From assembly GCA_951406725.2 (NCBI GenBank), contig OX597826.1:77686001-77750000 (forward strand): DNA of 64,000 nt. Direction: 5' to 3'. Positions 42,328 to 56,840 of the stretch are shown here, piece after piece. The DNA is from Octopus vulgaris. Taxonomy: Eukaryota. Numbering within the stretch: position 1 is the stretch's first letter; every line of letters begins with the position of its first letter. Made by a program: the position numbers and the translations under genes. The notes below the pieces were generated by a model. It was not told the DNA's origin. It saw only the letters and a list, made by a program, of their open reading frames with translations, and ran no database searches.

Positions 42328-42959
42328 ACACACACACACACACATAGATCTCTTGGTTGTTAAGTAACAGTTGTAAGTTTGTTTCTTCTGTTCCACCATA
42401 TTCGGCTCTCCTCTTTCCCACGGCTCCCCTGTCTTCCTAATTGGAAATTTGTACGTAATTGAAATAATTGGACCTGCTTGTTAGGATTTATTGTTTATAT
42501 AAGAGAAATGAACCAACGCAGCCGTCGAATACATTTAAAGTACGAAAGAATTTATTTCACTTGCCGTCCATAATAAATTATCTCTAATTGCCAGATGCTT
42601 CCCTGTCGTTTAACGTTGCACCTCATCATATTAATTTTCTTCTTTTGGCATCTAAAAAGCTGATCCAACTATTTCAACTACATGCAAACGTCCATTTGGC
42701 CAAATGAGACGGGGGTATAGAAAAGAAGGGAGAGATAGGGAATTTAGCCTGGTTATTGGGGGGAAAAAGAAGAAAAATGGCTTCCGCTATAAAACATCCT
42801 GATCGTTTGAAGGAGATTTCGATGCTGGAAAAGAAGTCGAACGCTACGAAACTCCATATTTACACAAGCAAAATTTAAACAATTATTTATTGAAATGAGT
42901 AAAAATAAATATTCTTATTCCATATATGCATCTGTTTGTGTACCTACCAGCCAACCAAC

Positions 42960-43027
<68 letters not shown>

Positions 43028-43047
43028 TTGGCCTTCTGTCTGTCTGC

Positions 43048-43122
<75 letters not shown>

Positions 43123-43939
43123 CCTTTGATGGCGCTGGTATAATATAAGGTTTTATCTTCTTTCCAAATCAGTTGTGCTCTTCCCCGTTGTTTCCAGAAT
43201 CTAGTGATTCGGCAAAATAGACTGATAGAATAAATACTAGGCTTTCTGGGGTCGATTTGTTCGACTAAAGGTGGTGCTCCAGCACGGCCACTGTCAAATG
43301 ACTGAAACATGTAAAAGAGAGTAAAAGAGACTACACACACACACACACACGACCAGGCTTTAGTTCAATGCTATATCCTTCTAGAGAATTCCCTTGGGAA
43401 TTTTACGGTCCTTTGTTCTTGTTTTGAGAAGAAACCTAAATTCAAGCAACTTTTTATAGATCAATTTTTAGACACTATTTCCTAAACTTGGTAAAGTATG
43501 TAGGGGGAATTTGCACCCGCTAAAAGTTTCAGGGGGTGCGTTTGCACCCCTTGCACCCCCAGTTCCCGGACGTAAGCTTAAATGATAAACCGCAATATGG
43601 CGGAGGATTATTGTATATTCCTCATGTCGAATGGCAAAAACACTGCAGACTCAGAGTGAATTCGTGAATCTTGAAATGCTAAAAGATTATCCGAAGATGT
43701 TTTATGTCCGTTTGTTGCTTCGACTACGGTGAAGAACGACGAAGTTTAGAAGATGTACTTTTATGCAAGTTGATCGTCCAAAGAATTTGTGTCAATATTG
43801 TTTTGCAAATTTTGACGATAAAGTTCGGTTGATTTAATATATTGATTGAATATATCCTGTTCCTAACAATTAAAAATTTCGTTTGACATTTACAGTTTGT
43901 CGTAATTGAACAATAGTGAATATATATATTTATCTAGTG

Positions 43940-44497
43940 AAGACGCGTCACTTAGTGATTACGGCATTCGGTTCACGCATCGTAAGTTTGCGAGTTCGAT
44001 TCCCGGCGGCGCGTTGAGTCCTTGGATAAGACACTTTATTTTCACGTTGCTCCCGTCCACTCAGCTGGCAAAAATGAGTAGTACCTATTTCTTTACTACC
44101 CACAGGGGGCTAAACACAGAGGGTATAAACAAGGACAGACGAACGGATTAAGTCGATTACATCGACCCCAGTACGTAACTGGTGCTTAATTTATCGACCC
44201 CGAAAGGATGAAAGGCAAAGTCGACCTCGGCGGAATTTGAACTCAGAAGGTAACGGCAGACGAAATACGGGTACGCATTTCACCCGGCGCGCTAACGATT
44301 CTGCCAGCTCGCAAGTACCGGTGGCTCAAAGAAGCCAGCTTCGTCACACTCTGTGTCACGCTGAATCTTCCTGAGAACTACGTTAAGGGTATGCGTGTCT
44401 GTGGAGTGCTCAGCCGCTTACACATCAACTTCACGAGCAGACTGTACCGTTGACCGGATCAACTGGGAAGCCCATCGTCGTAACCGATGGAATGCTA
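43940..44497 (+). mobile_element. SINE family C interrupted by a family A copy (44087-44312, -)
   Basis: B box GAGTTCGATTCCC; the body resumes after the insert; agtacc is duplicated around the insert. Confidence 0.8.
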
Positions 44498-44570
44498 GTA
44501 TATAGTCATCAATTAGAAATAATATATTTCTAAATCTCTCAGACAGATTTATGCAGTAGCAGCACGATAA

Positions 44571-44749
44571 AGTGTCGGTATGTTGTCAACTTAATGTCGC
44601 AGTCCCATGAAAGGGAAGAATGCTACTGTTATTTAGCCCTGGGAAAATATGTCAAGTCCAACAAGAAACGGTGTTTCCTAGGGCTAAATAACAGTAGCAA
44701 TCTTCCCTTTCATGGAACTGTCACATTAAGTTGACAACATGCTATCACT
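44571..44749. mobile_element. 179-bp foldback MITE, Harbinger-like
   Basis: Imperfect inverted arms of about 75 bp; TAA on both sides (44568-44570 and 44750-44752). Confidence 0.75.
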
Positions 44750-44972
44750 TAATATTCATCAATGTTATTAACAAATTCTTGTGCTTTTTCTCTGGCAATA
44801 ATTTATCAATTTGTGTTCATTTTCTCCCTAAAAGGGTCGCCTATTCGTGAATATATCGTCTGGGTAATTTTGGCGAAGGGTCACTCGTATATATGTAGGT
44901 ATGTACATATGTGTATGCAATATGCATATATTTATATATTATATAATATATATATATATATATTTATATACA

Positions 44973-45039
<67 letters not shown>

Positions 45040-46841
45040 GTATATATTTGTGTGTGTGTCTGTTCTTGTCCCCCATCATCGCTTGACAACTGATGCTGGT
45101 GTGTTTACGTCCCCGTAACTTAGCGGTTCGGCAAAAGAGACCGATAGAATAAGTACTAGGCTTTCGACTAAAGGCAATGCTCAAGCATGGCCGCATTCCA
45201 CACGGTTTCCATAGACCAAATTCATTTGACAAGGCATTCATCAACCCCTTTACATGGATAAAACAGTTGGCAAAGTGCCGCGCAATGGAACTGAACTCGA
45301 AACTACGTGGTTGCGAAGTGAACTTGTAAACCATACAGTCATCCTCACCTCTCTTTTTGTTTGTCTAACTTGTGAAACCATTTGAATATATCGACTGGAT
45401 AAGTCCACCTTCAAATAATAAGATGGGGAGATAGAACCGGTGAAATAAATACCAAATCTAAAACGATGAATGAATCGACTCAATGAATATGCTAAAAGTG
45501 GGCAAAAAATTGTGTAGAAGAACATAAGGTTCTCACTGAAATGATTTTATGGACGGAAATATATGGAAATACAAGGAAATGGTTGTGCTTGCTATGTACG
45601 GAAACATTTGTACATTTGTAAATGTAAATGTTAATTGACTGAATCTAACTTTGAAAATATATTTAGACAACACGTATACATTTTCCAACTGAAATTATTT
45701 GCATTTTCAATTTGAGATAATAATCGACCAGTTTTCATTAGAGCTTTGACGATGTTCCAAATGAATAAATAAATAAATATATTCAAAATGTTCCAATGAC
45801 AGAATATTTTAAAACATATAAAATTTCTACTATTTAGAATTTAAGTTTAAAAGTATTTCCAATAGAAACAACAGTTGATCATTTTAAAATTACGATATAA
45901 CATATTTCAGAATTTCATCTGTAATCATTTCTGTTTGAGTTCCTTTAGAATAATGGTCAAATCGTTTCATTTAGAAGATAAAACCTTTGCAGATGAAAAA
46001 TTATGCAATTATTTGTCTCATTTCTTGATATTTTCCAGTAAAATATATCGAAGAGCGATATTTTCGTTGAGAAATATATTTGGTATAAATTCTATAGAAT
46101 ATTGACGCCTAACACTGACTTAAGACCACACATTTTTGGAGAGGGTTTAAGAAATTAAATCTACCCTGGTATTGGACTAGCATTTTATTTTATAGAAGCT
46201 GGAAGGATGAAAGCTAATAATAACCTCGGCAGCATTAGTATTCACCATAGTGAGGGCCGTAACCAGGTAGCTTAAAGCATTTGTCCGACTATCGAACGAT
46301 TCTTGAGAATTGGCCGCCATTAAACTATATAGAATATTAATTACTAAAATGTGATCTTTGACTCTTTGGATTAATTTTAAAAGAAAGAGGGATCACATTC
46401 ATCTTCTCTTGGTCAATTTCTCATCTCGTTTCATCTCTGTCCGCTCTCTATCTCTGAAACCATCATTGTTAGTGAAGACAATAGTTAATAATTAAAGAGA
46501 TAGTAGTCTTTGATGTTGCATTCAGGCAAATGAACTAAAGTGTCTCTATTAGATATGCACATGGAGACACTGTTGCCATGGAAGCCGAATCATTTGCTGG
46601 TGAAAAACTATCTACACCGTTACATATTACCATTGAGTGTCAACAGTGGTTATTATAACTGGGAATATTTCAAACTAGAGAATTGGTCCACTTTACAGAG
46701 TTTCTGAATTCCTTTTCAAAACATTTGTATCTCGTCTAACAACAATCACTGCCAAATTATTCAATCTTAACCGTTCCAAGAAATTCAGGCGGAATACAAC
46801 GAAACAAATGATGGCTCATAGAATGGTCTGAGATGAATCCT

Positions 46842-47073
46842 ATTTCTTTACTAGCCACAAGGGGCTAAACACAGAGAGGACAAACAAGGACAGACATAGG
46901 TATTAAGTCGATTATATCGACCCCAGTACGTAACTGGTACTTATTTAATTGACCTCGGCAGGATGAAAGGCAAAGTCGACCTCGGCGGAATTTGAACTCA
47001 GCTCGTAGCGGCAGACGAAATACTGCTAAGCATTTCGCCCGGTGTGCTAACGATTCTGCCAGCTCACCGCCTT
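46842..47073 (-). mobile_element. Full-length SINE family A with TSD
   Basis: Flanked by atgaatcct on both sides. Confidence 0.9.
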
Positions 47074-47754
47074 ATGAATCCTGTTCAATGATGCCAGCCA
47101 GAGACGAAGATGTCCTTAATCATTTCAGTTCTGTATTACTTCCTGGTTGCTATGTCTTAACCCAGGGAGTATCAGACCCGATTGGAACAGCTGCTCTTCT
47201 GTTTATTGTTGGTAGAGAATATTGCTTCAATCAAAAAAGACCAAGTACTACCAGGATCCATTCTGGATGGATGCCTGGAATGTTGTAGATATTGGTACCC
47301 AACTATGTGATAAAGTTGCTGAATCTAAAGAGATTTTTCTGAAGGACGAGCTCTATGCGGTCGTCTTTTCTCGTATATATTCTCCAAAACAATTTTTAAA
47401 AAAATATGGCGGACAAAGCTAACAGAACTGACAAGACATTTCTTCCAGATCACCCCCTCACATAACGGTATACCACCCTTATTATATAAATAGACATACC
47501 TGATTCGAGTCCAGTCCTGTTCTATGTATATATCCTCTATTTGTCAATCCCCTAAGTTAAGGCGCATAAACATAAACACGGACACACATGCAAACACACT
47601 TGCACACACATATATATATATGATGGGCTTCCGTACAGTTTCCGCATTTATTTAAAAGGCATTAGTCGACTCGAGATTACAGTAGAAGACATTTCTCCAA
47701 ACTATAATATATGATTACCAATGAAAGTTCTTAACCAAAATAACATAAAAATAT

Positions 47755-48030
47755 TTTTCTACCCAAGGCACAAGGCTCGAAATTTTGGGGGAGGGGCCAG
47801 TCAATTAGATCGACCTCAGTATGCAACTGGTACTTAATTTATCGACCCCAAAAGGATGACAGGCAAAGTCGATCTCATAACATGAAAATATTCTTTTCTG
47901 GTCTAGGCACAAGGCCCTAAATTTTGGGGAAGGGTGCCAGTGGAATAGATCAGCCCCAGCATGCAACTGGTACTTAATTTATAGGCCCCGAAAGGTTGAA
48001 AGGCAAAGTCGACCTCATAACATGAAAATA
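47755..48030 (-). mobile_element. Tandem pair of truncated family A copies
   Basis: Both end aaagtcgayctcataacatgaaaatatt, which indicates local duplication. Confidence 0.8.
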
Positions 48031-48104
48031 TTAATAAAAGTGAAAACGTCAATAAAGCAAAAATGTGAAAAGCCAGAAAAAAATCTTATTATTTCAGATA
48101 TTTA

Positions 48105-48475
48105 TCTTTTATCTTTTGCTTGTTTCAGTCATTAGACTGCGACCATGCTGGGGCACCACCTTGAGGAATTTTTAGTCTAATGAATCGACGACCCCAGGAC
48201 TCATTTTTATTTAAAACTCTTTTGTCGAACCGCTAAGTTACGCGGACATAAACACACCAACGCTGGTCGTCAAGCGGTGGTGCGGACAAACACAGAAAAA
48301 CATACATACACACACACAAACATACGACGGGATTCTTTCAGTTTCCTTCTAGCAAATCGACTCACAAAGCTCTAGTCGGCCCGAGGCTTTAGTAGAAGGC
48401 ATTTGCTCAAGGTGCCACGCAGGGATTGAATCCGGAACCATGAGATTGGGAAACAAACTTCCTACCATACAACCA
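48105..48475 (-). mobile_element. SINE family B
   Basis: Tail ttgtttcagtcattagactgcg through head ggaaccatg...cttcctacca. Confidence 0.8.
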
Positions 48476-49010
48476 AGGAAAATCTGGTTGCAACTTCTTT
48501 CTAAGTACGTCGTAAGAGGACGATGACAGGGAGTTGGTCCCTTGTTGGTTCGTGTCTAATATGGTAGCAGGACAAACACCAGAATTATCAGAACAATGGT
48601 AACAGGACAAATATCAGAATTATTTTGTCGTCAACAGTTTGAACTTTTATAATCAGCCTGTTTATGACAATAACGAAGTTTTGGCTGGAGTTTTGTAGAG
48701 TTATCTCACCGATGATGATGACGACGAAACTATATATTCTTCTTCTTCTTCTTCAGTGGCACTGACTTCTTGAATTCCTGGAGATAGAGGGAAGGAAGTG
48801 GAACAGGAAAAATAAGAGAAAAACAAATAAAAACAGAACTCTTTATCCTCCCATCCCATTGCAGAACTCGGAAATTGTATGCTTGCTTTGAGGCAGATGT
48901 CTACTGCAGATGATGGATCCCTCTACGCACGCGTAGCGCTGCTTAATTATAGGTTGCCTGTCTGAGAGTATGTATATAGGTCTATGAAAATGTATATGTA
49001 TATACATACA

Positions 49011-49131
<121 letters not shown>

Positions 49132-49204
49132 ATATATGTATGTATGTATAATATATACATACGTGTGTATATACATATATATATATATCTACAAACATGT
49201 ATAC

Positions 49205-49262
<58 letters not shown>

Positions 49263-50104
49263 GCATATGCAAATATATACTTATGTGTATCTATACATAT
49301 ATACCTACATACATATGAATACCTCTATGTGTGTGTGTATGTATATTTGTATATATGTATATATATATATATAAAACATATATGCATATTTATGTGTGTT
49401 TATGTGTGTATATATAAATGTATATATATATATGTATGCGCATATACTAGTTTGTATGTGTGTGTGTGTATACTTACACACATTTTTTTTTGTCTTCTGC
49501 ACATCACAAGTAATTTGAACAATCTCCCGTGACACTAAATATATGTTATCGCACACTCATACGTCAATATTGACAGGAAACTCTGCCTGCCACCACAGCT
49601 ATTGTTAATTTCCCGAGCAAATGATAATTGTGTAGCAACTAATTCATTATTAATTGCTCTCTACCTCTGTCCCTAGACACGACTCCATTGCCAGTTTTGA
49701 AACTCTTATTTAAATATAGGAAAACACAAACAGAACACAGGCTGAAAAATCGTTACAGTGGTTAATTGGTGTGGAGATTGTTGGTTTAGTGATGGTGAGG
49801 GAACGAGTTCAAGCTATGATACATCCGTGACGGTTAATCAAGCAGAAAGAAATAAAAGTTCAACAAAAGAACGAACGATCAGTCTTGTTATTTCTCTAAT
49901 TCGTATCAGGTGCAACGAACAAAGTGCTAAGGTACGAACCGCTAATTACTGGTTCACAGCTGTACTCTGTCTTCTTATTGATCTTTGATATCGCTACCAC
50001 ACTGGTTACTGGTTCTTGGAACTGGCTGCCCTTGCGCATCGCCACTCCTATATTCACAACTCGTCCGATTCCTCTTGTTGACACCCATCGCTACAGGCTA
50101 CACG

Positions 50105-50325
50105 CTAGTAGAATCGTTAGCACGCTGGGCGAAATGTGTAGCCGTATTTCACCTGCCGTTACGTTCTGTGTTCAAATTCCGCCGAGGTCGACTTTGCCTT
50201 TCATGCTTTCGGGGTCGATAAATTAAGTACCCGTTATGCAATGGGGTCGATGTAATCGACTTAATCCGTTTGTCTGTCTTTGTTTGTCCCCTCTGTGTTT
50301 AGCTCCTAGTGGGCAGTAAAGAAAT
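50105..50325 (+). mobile_element. SINE family A
   Basis: gaatcgttagcacgctgggcgaaat...gttcaaattccgccgaggtcgac. Confidence 0.88.
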
Positions 50326-50349
50326 ATACGCTCTTAGTACTACAACCAG

Positions 50350-50682
50350 CCCTTAACTGACACTTGGTCAGTTACGATGACCAAGTTTCAAGTTGGTTCG
50401 ATCATCAGAACAGCCTGCTCGTGAAACTAACGTATAAGTGGTTGAGCACTCCACAGACACGCGTAACCCATAACGTAGTTCTCAGGGAGATTCGGCGCAT
50501 TACAGAAAGTGACAGGGCTGGCCCTATCGAATTACTGGTACAACTAATTTTTGCCAGTTGAGTGGACTGGAGCAACGTGAAATAAAAGTGTTTTGCTCAA
50601 AGAAATAAGGCGCTGCCAGGAATCGAACTCATACCGTTACTATCGCGAGCCGAATACCTTAACCACTTAGCCACGCGTCTTC
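50350..50682 (-). mobile_element. SINE family C
   Basis: Reverse complement of the 43940-44497 element. Confidence 0.82.
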
Positions 50683-50929
50683 ATATCCAATCCTTACTCG
50701 CACAGGACGTCGACCCTCTAGAATTTAATTCCTGCTCGTGCTTTTCGTGTGGCCGCCAACTCGAAATTCTCAACAGAAGCGTTATCTATATCGATCTTGA
50801 TCTCTCGGTGGGCTCGTGGGGTGGGTGTGGGGGCTGCAAGGGCCACGTGTACAGCCCATTCCTTCAAACCAAAAAAGACTAAAAAACGGTCGAATGGTGC
50901 TAGAAGATCGGCTGACCACTTGGTCCATA

Positions 50930-51604
50930 CGTACATAATACATGCATACATGCAATCATACATACATACATACTTACATACATACATACATACATGCATG
51001 CATGCAATCATACATACATACATACATACATACATACATACATACATACATACATACATACATACATACATACACACATACATTCATACATACATACATA
51101 CATACATACATACATACATACATTCATACATACATACATACATACATACATACATACAAACATACATACATACATACATGCATGCAATCATACATACATA
51201 CATACATACATACATACATACATACATACATACATACATACATACATACATACATTCATACATACATACATACATACATACATACATACATACATACATA
51301 CATCATACATACATACATACATACATACATACATACAAACATACATACATACATACATACATACATACATACATACATACATACATACATACATACATAC
51401 ATACATACATACATACATACATACATACATACATACATACATACATACATACATACATACATACATACATACATACATACATACAAGCATACATACATAC
51501 ATACATACATACATACATACATACATACATACATACAAGCATACATACATACATACATACATACATACATACATACATACATACATACATACATACATAC
51601 ATAC
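50930..51604. repeat. Long (ATAC)n microsatellite, about 670 bp
   Basis: Directly visible; explains the IHTY and MYVC ORFs. Confidence 0.98.
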
Positions 51605-52271
51605 AAAAAATACTCTGTTGTTGATGTTGAACTTCCAATCAAAGAGCCTTGAATCTAGGTTAGAAACCGGATCCTTCTGTATGGGCAAGAAATCTTCTAA
51701 TAAAACTGAACAATGACATACATACATACAGACAGACAGACAGACAGACAGAGAGACCTTTGATCGTACATCAGAGAAGACGATAAATTTACTAAATTAA
51801 TTAGCACGTCAATTTATAGGTTTTAGAATAAAATAATGAAGTGAACTTTGAAATGGGGAGAAAGGAAGAATTAGGGAGAAGAAAACAGGAAATGAAAGAT
51901 GAGAGGAAAAAACAAAACAAAACAAAACAAAAACAAAACGAAAAAACTCCAAAGAAAATAGGAAATAGAAAGAAGGAAAGAAAGAAGAAACTAGATATGT
52001 GCATATCATGGTGAAGGTACCCACGGAAATCGGGGATGATCCGCGAGGATCTGCAGGAATATGAGGTAAGTTGATCTAGAAGATGTTAGGGCAAGTAATT
52101 AACTTTGTGATTCTGTGGCCCCTGGAGGGGGAAATTCGTAGAAGAAAGCAATTTCTTTTTTGGGTGGGGGTATTGATGGTCCAGTTAAGAGTTCAGTGTC
52201 TGATTTGGTGGAAACCTTTGCATAAATAGAAACTGGGGTCACGCTGATGATCAAAAATGGGCTGTGAAACT

Positions 52272-52328
<57 letters not shown>

Positions 52329-52339
52329 ATGATAATTGT

Positions 52340-52780
52340 CCTTTCTGCTGAAGGCACAAGGCCTGAAATTTGGGGCAGGGAGACAATCGATTACATCGAC
52401 CCCAGTACTCTACTGGTACTTAATTTTACCGACCCCGAAAGGATGAAATGCAAAGACGGCCTTGGTGGAATTTGAACTCAGAACGTAAAACCGGAAGGAA
52501 TTTTGTCAACGATTCTTGCCCAGCCCACCAATTGGAACAACAGCAGCAATATCAACCACAACAATAAGGCAGCAAGCTGGCGGAATCGGTAACCCGGCGG
52601 GTAAAATGCTTAGCGGCACCTCATCCGCCTTTACGTTCTCAGTTCAAATTCCTATTGGGGTTGTCTTTACCGTTCCTCCTTTCGGGGTCGATAAAAAAAG
52701 TACGAGTTGAACTCTGGGGGGTCGATGTAATCAACTTGTTCCTCTCCGGAAATTGCTGGCCTTGAGCCAAAATTTGAAAT
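52340..52780. mobile_element. Head-to-head pair of family A SINEs
   Basis: - copy at 52340-52520 and + copy at 52565-52780. Confidence 0.75.
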
Positions 52781-52804
52781 TATTATTAACAACAATAATA
52801 AAAA

Positions 52805-53192
52805 CTAGCAGTATCGCCCGGCGTTGCTCGGGTTTGTTTCGACCCTTTAGAATTGGAATTTTTGAAAAGTAAAAATTTGGCATTAGGTAGCTTGTTATTC
52901 TCTTTAAGTGAACATTTTTCTGGTTGAAATACACTGAAAAATGGCGACACAGCAGTCAAAAAATCGTAAAAAATAAGGATTTTCATAGAAAAAAAGCACC
53001 TTCATGATGTAAATAATTTTTGGTGTTAACATGGTCTGATTTGAATTTTTTCTTCTACGGAAGGAAGAACCTTCTTCTATCATACTCTCAGTTTTGGTCA
53101 ACTTGCGGCGCAGGATCTCGGAGGAGATAGTGTTAGTTGAAGGCTACCAAACCTGCCATACACAGACAACTTCAGCTTTATATAGAGAGAGA
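52805..53192 (-). mobile_element. Non-autonomous Helitron
   Basis: Minus strand reads A|TCTCTCTCTATATAAAGC...CCCGAGCAACGCCGGG hairpin...CTAG|T, with no TSD. Confidence 0.85.
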
Positions 53193-55029
53193 TAATAATA
53201 GTAATAATAATGGTTGTTGTTATTATTTGCTCAATATATAACGATTGTCAGAACAAAAAAAGTGATTGGACACAATGAAAACTATAAACGTCTTTAGACA
53301 TGTTAATGATTACAAGGTATAAATTTGTTTAAACAGACATTCGGCCAATAATGAGCTAATGAGAGAACTCGTTGTTGTTGTTGTTGGTGGTGGTGGTGAT
53401 GCCGGCGGCGGTCAGGGAGACTATAGTCTCCCAGCCCTCCTTACACTTGATGTTACCGATAATAGAAAGGCTGTGTGTCGAGACGTAGTTGATGATAGAA
53501 CAAGGATGTCTTTGAAAGATTCTTTGGAATGATTGACTAAACTGAAATGATGGTGTTTAATTAAACACGAGTATAAATAGATGGAATAAAAAAAAAAAAC
53601 AAAGACGAAAGAATACAGATTGTTGTGTGATGTGCCCGCTGCTGCTACCGCCACCACCACCACCGCTACCTTTACCACCACCACTCCTGCTACCATCACT
53701 ACCGTCATCCCTACCTGGCCAGTGGCTCCACTCAACTGCAAATATTCGGATCAGAACTCTGATCTGAGAATAACTTACAACCTCATCTTTCCAGGCACCG
53801 GTCACCGAAGTTCTGCAAAAATAAAGAAAGCTAAAGGTTTTACCCTTCTTCTCTGACCTTTCTTTCCTCCTTTAATGTAGAACTGAATTCTCTTTATTTC
53901 CCTTATGTCTTTATCTCGTGAGTAAATGTATGAATACACAGAGCAAGAACACACGCGAAGACGGAAAGTGTCGCTGAGGAGGTCACAGATGTGTGACGAA
54001 AGATTTCCAGACAATGGACATGAGTTAGAATAAGAACAGTAATAAACGAGTGAAGAGCGAATATACAGTGCGTGTGTTTATTTGGCCAAAAAGAAAACAT
54101 GATCGTCCCGAAATACAACAATATGTATTTCGACATACGATTTCACATAAGGAATCTTGCAACACACACACACACACACACACACACACGCGCGCACGCA
54201 TACACATCGTTCCTCATACGGTCTACACGGTCTGACTATCTGAGCCAATGTTTAGCGATGGTAGCCTCGAAGCTGTTGGCTAGAGCTTTCTCAAAGACTG
54301 CAAACTAGTTCTGTTGAATTCTCATGATTAACCAAGCTTAGCAGAAGTCAAGTTACCTTATCGCTGAACATTTCGGCGTTATAAAGATCGACTGAAACGG
54401 ACAGCGAAGACCAATATCAGCCAGAAAATCAAACAAGAACAAATGAAATCGCAGACTTTGGTGTCAAACCATTCTGACTACTGAACTATTTAAATAAGAG
54501 AGTCGCAAAAAATAGCCAAACTTTAAGGACGAAAATCTTACCAACGTAAACTGCGTTCACCTCAGCCTATTAAATACAATTTGTCTCCACAAATTTTCGT
54601 GGAAACTTCAGTCAGAATTTTCTGTGAATTGTGCTAACACTATTAGGAAGGCATTAAATTTTATTTTTATTCGAGATTTCCAATTCCTTGCTTAGATTAT
54701 TTCCCAAAGAACAATCTAACAATCCGATATTGCCCCCAAATCATTGTTCGGATGAGTCGAGAAATAATGTAAAAATTTGATACAGACTTAAAAAAAAAGA
54801 AAAAAAGAGAAGAAAGAAAATTTATATCTCATATGTTGCAAACATACTCTATATGGTCGCTTGACCTGTTAGAAATAGCAGCCGAACTTTCCTCAAATTA
54901 TCGTACATTGTATTGAGAAAATGAGAAGATGTATAGGGTAAGATATAATTAGTCTGAATAAACGAATAGAGAGAATCGAGATGGTCATGAGTGGAATGGT
55001 CATGAGACATTTTACATAAAACAATATCA

Positions 55030-55091
55030 ACACACCACCACCACCACCAGCACTAGCAACAACAACAATAATTTCTACTATTACTACCACC

Positions 55092-55161
<70 letters not shown>

Positions 55162-55162
55162 A

Positions 55163-55198
<36 letters not shown>

Positions 55199-55323
55199 AA
55201 CTACTACCACCATCACCACCACCACCACTACTACTACCACCACCACCACCACCACCACCACCACTACCACCAGTTGTCGTCATCGTCGTCGTAGTTGTAG
55301 AAGTAGTCTCACTATATTTACAT

Positions 55324-55377
<54 letters not shown>

Positions 55378-55909
55378 CATTACTACAACCCTCACCGCAT
55401 CACAAGAATATCATAACCACCTCCAGTACCACTACCCAAACCACTAGCACCAAGTCAACGAAGGAACGATCTACTTCAACCACCACCACCACCACCACCA
55501 CCACCACAACTACTGCAACTACTAATAATTCTACCCCCACAACCCTCCCTCTTCACCACAATCCTGCCACGACCACCACCACCACCACTTTTGGTGAGTT
55601 TATTTCTAATTACAATTTTAGTGTTTGCAGCTGGCTTAGTTTACATAATGTTGTTGTTGTTGTTGTTGTTGTTGTACTTCTTATGATTATTTCTGTTGTC
55701 TTTGCAACCGTTGGTGTTGTTGTTGCTGTTGTTGTTGTTGGTCTTTGTTTCTGTTTTTCTTTCTGTGTGCAGTTAATTATCGCTGCTGCTGCTGCTGCTG
55801 CTACTGCTGCTACTCTCGTTGTTGTGGTGATGGTGGTAGTGATAACGGCGTTGGCCGCAGTGAGATGATGATGATGATGATGATGACGCCGACGACGACG
55901 GCGGCGATG

Positions 55910-55964
<55 letters not shown>

Positions 55965-55987
55965 CGCCGACGACGACGGCGGCGATG

Positions 55988-56051
<64 letters not shown>

Positions 56052-56074
56052 CGCCGACGACGACGGCGGCGATG

Positions 56075-56105
<31 letters not shown>

Positions 56106-56336
56106 CGCCGACGACGACGATGATCACGATGGCGATGATGATGCTGAGGATGATGACGATGATGATGATGATGATGATGACGTCGACGACGACGACGGCG
56201 ATGATGATGACAATGATGATGATGACGATGACGACGACAACGGCGATGATGATGATGATGACGATCATGATGATGATTATAGTAACGATGATTCTTGTGG
56301 CGGTAATATGGCGGCAACAAAAACAACAGCTGCAGC

Positions 56337-56380
<44 letters not shown>

Positions 56381-56390
56381 AAACAACAAT
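55030..56390. repeat. Trinucleotide field: (CTA)n, (CCA)n, (GTT)n, (GAT)n, (CAA)n
   Basis: Directly visible. Confidence 0.95.
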
Positions 56391-56554
56391 AAAAATGTAA
56401 CACTGAATTAAAAGGTAGCGAACGAACATGCTAATAAAGGAGAAGGAAAGAGATTATTGGTTGGTTACACAGTCAAACTGATAAACAGATAATTAATTCT
56501 CGCTTCCAACTCCGTTTGGACAATTGGCCCCAAGAAACAGTTGAATAGCTAAGG

Positions 56555-56840
56555 TCATCCATCCATTCCTCCATCCGCCCCATCCATCCACCTTCTTCGT
56601 CCTCTATACTTGGAAAGGTCGTTGGGGGACATGGTCCTCACGCGTCTCATCCACGGGGTCCCATCAGATGCAACGTCAGAAAACTTTCTAGCTGGATCCC
56701 CAAGCGTGATCAACAGAGATCATAGGTCCTATCCAGCCATTTCGTTCTTAGTTTAGCCTGAGATCTTTTACCTGGTTGGCTCGGCTTGAAGAATCGTTCT
56801 TGCGATTCTTTCCGGAGACATTCTGTATACATGTCCACAG
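56555..56840 (-). mobile_element. RTE LINE 3' end (Expander/Rex3-like)
   Basis: HVYRMSPERIARTILQAEP followed by a (GGAT)n-like tail. Confidence 0.8.

Noticed and set aside
47075-47460. Short protein-like ORFs
   Set aside because: No recognisable family; the minus strand shows faint RT-like remnants, so a decayed LINE is at least as likely.
51610-51716. Possible hammerhead (ccaatcaa...gaaaccgg)
   Set aside because: The core deviates at several positions and stem I cannot be formed convincingly.
50749-51727. 180-290 aa IHTY and MYVC ORFs
   Set aside because: Translations of (ATAC)n.
52008-52262. GAG|GTAAGT donor on + and a short ORF after a cag acceptor on -
   Set aside because: Conflicting strands, weak context and no homology.
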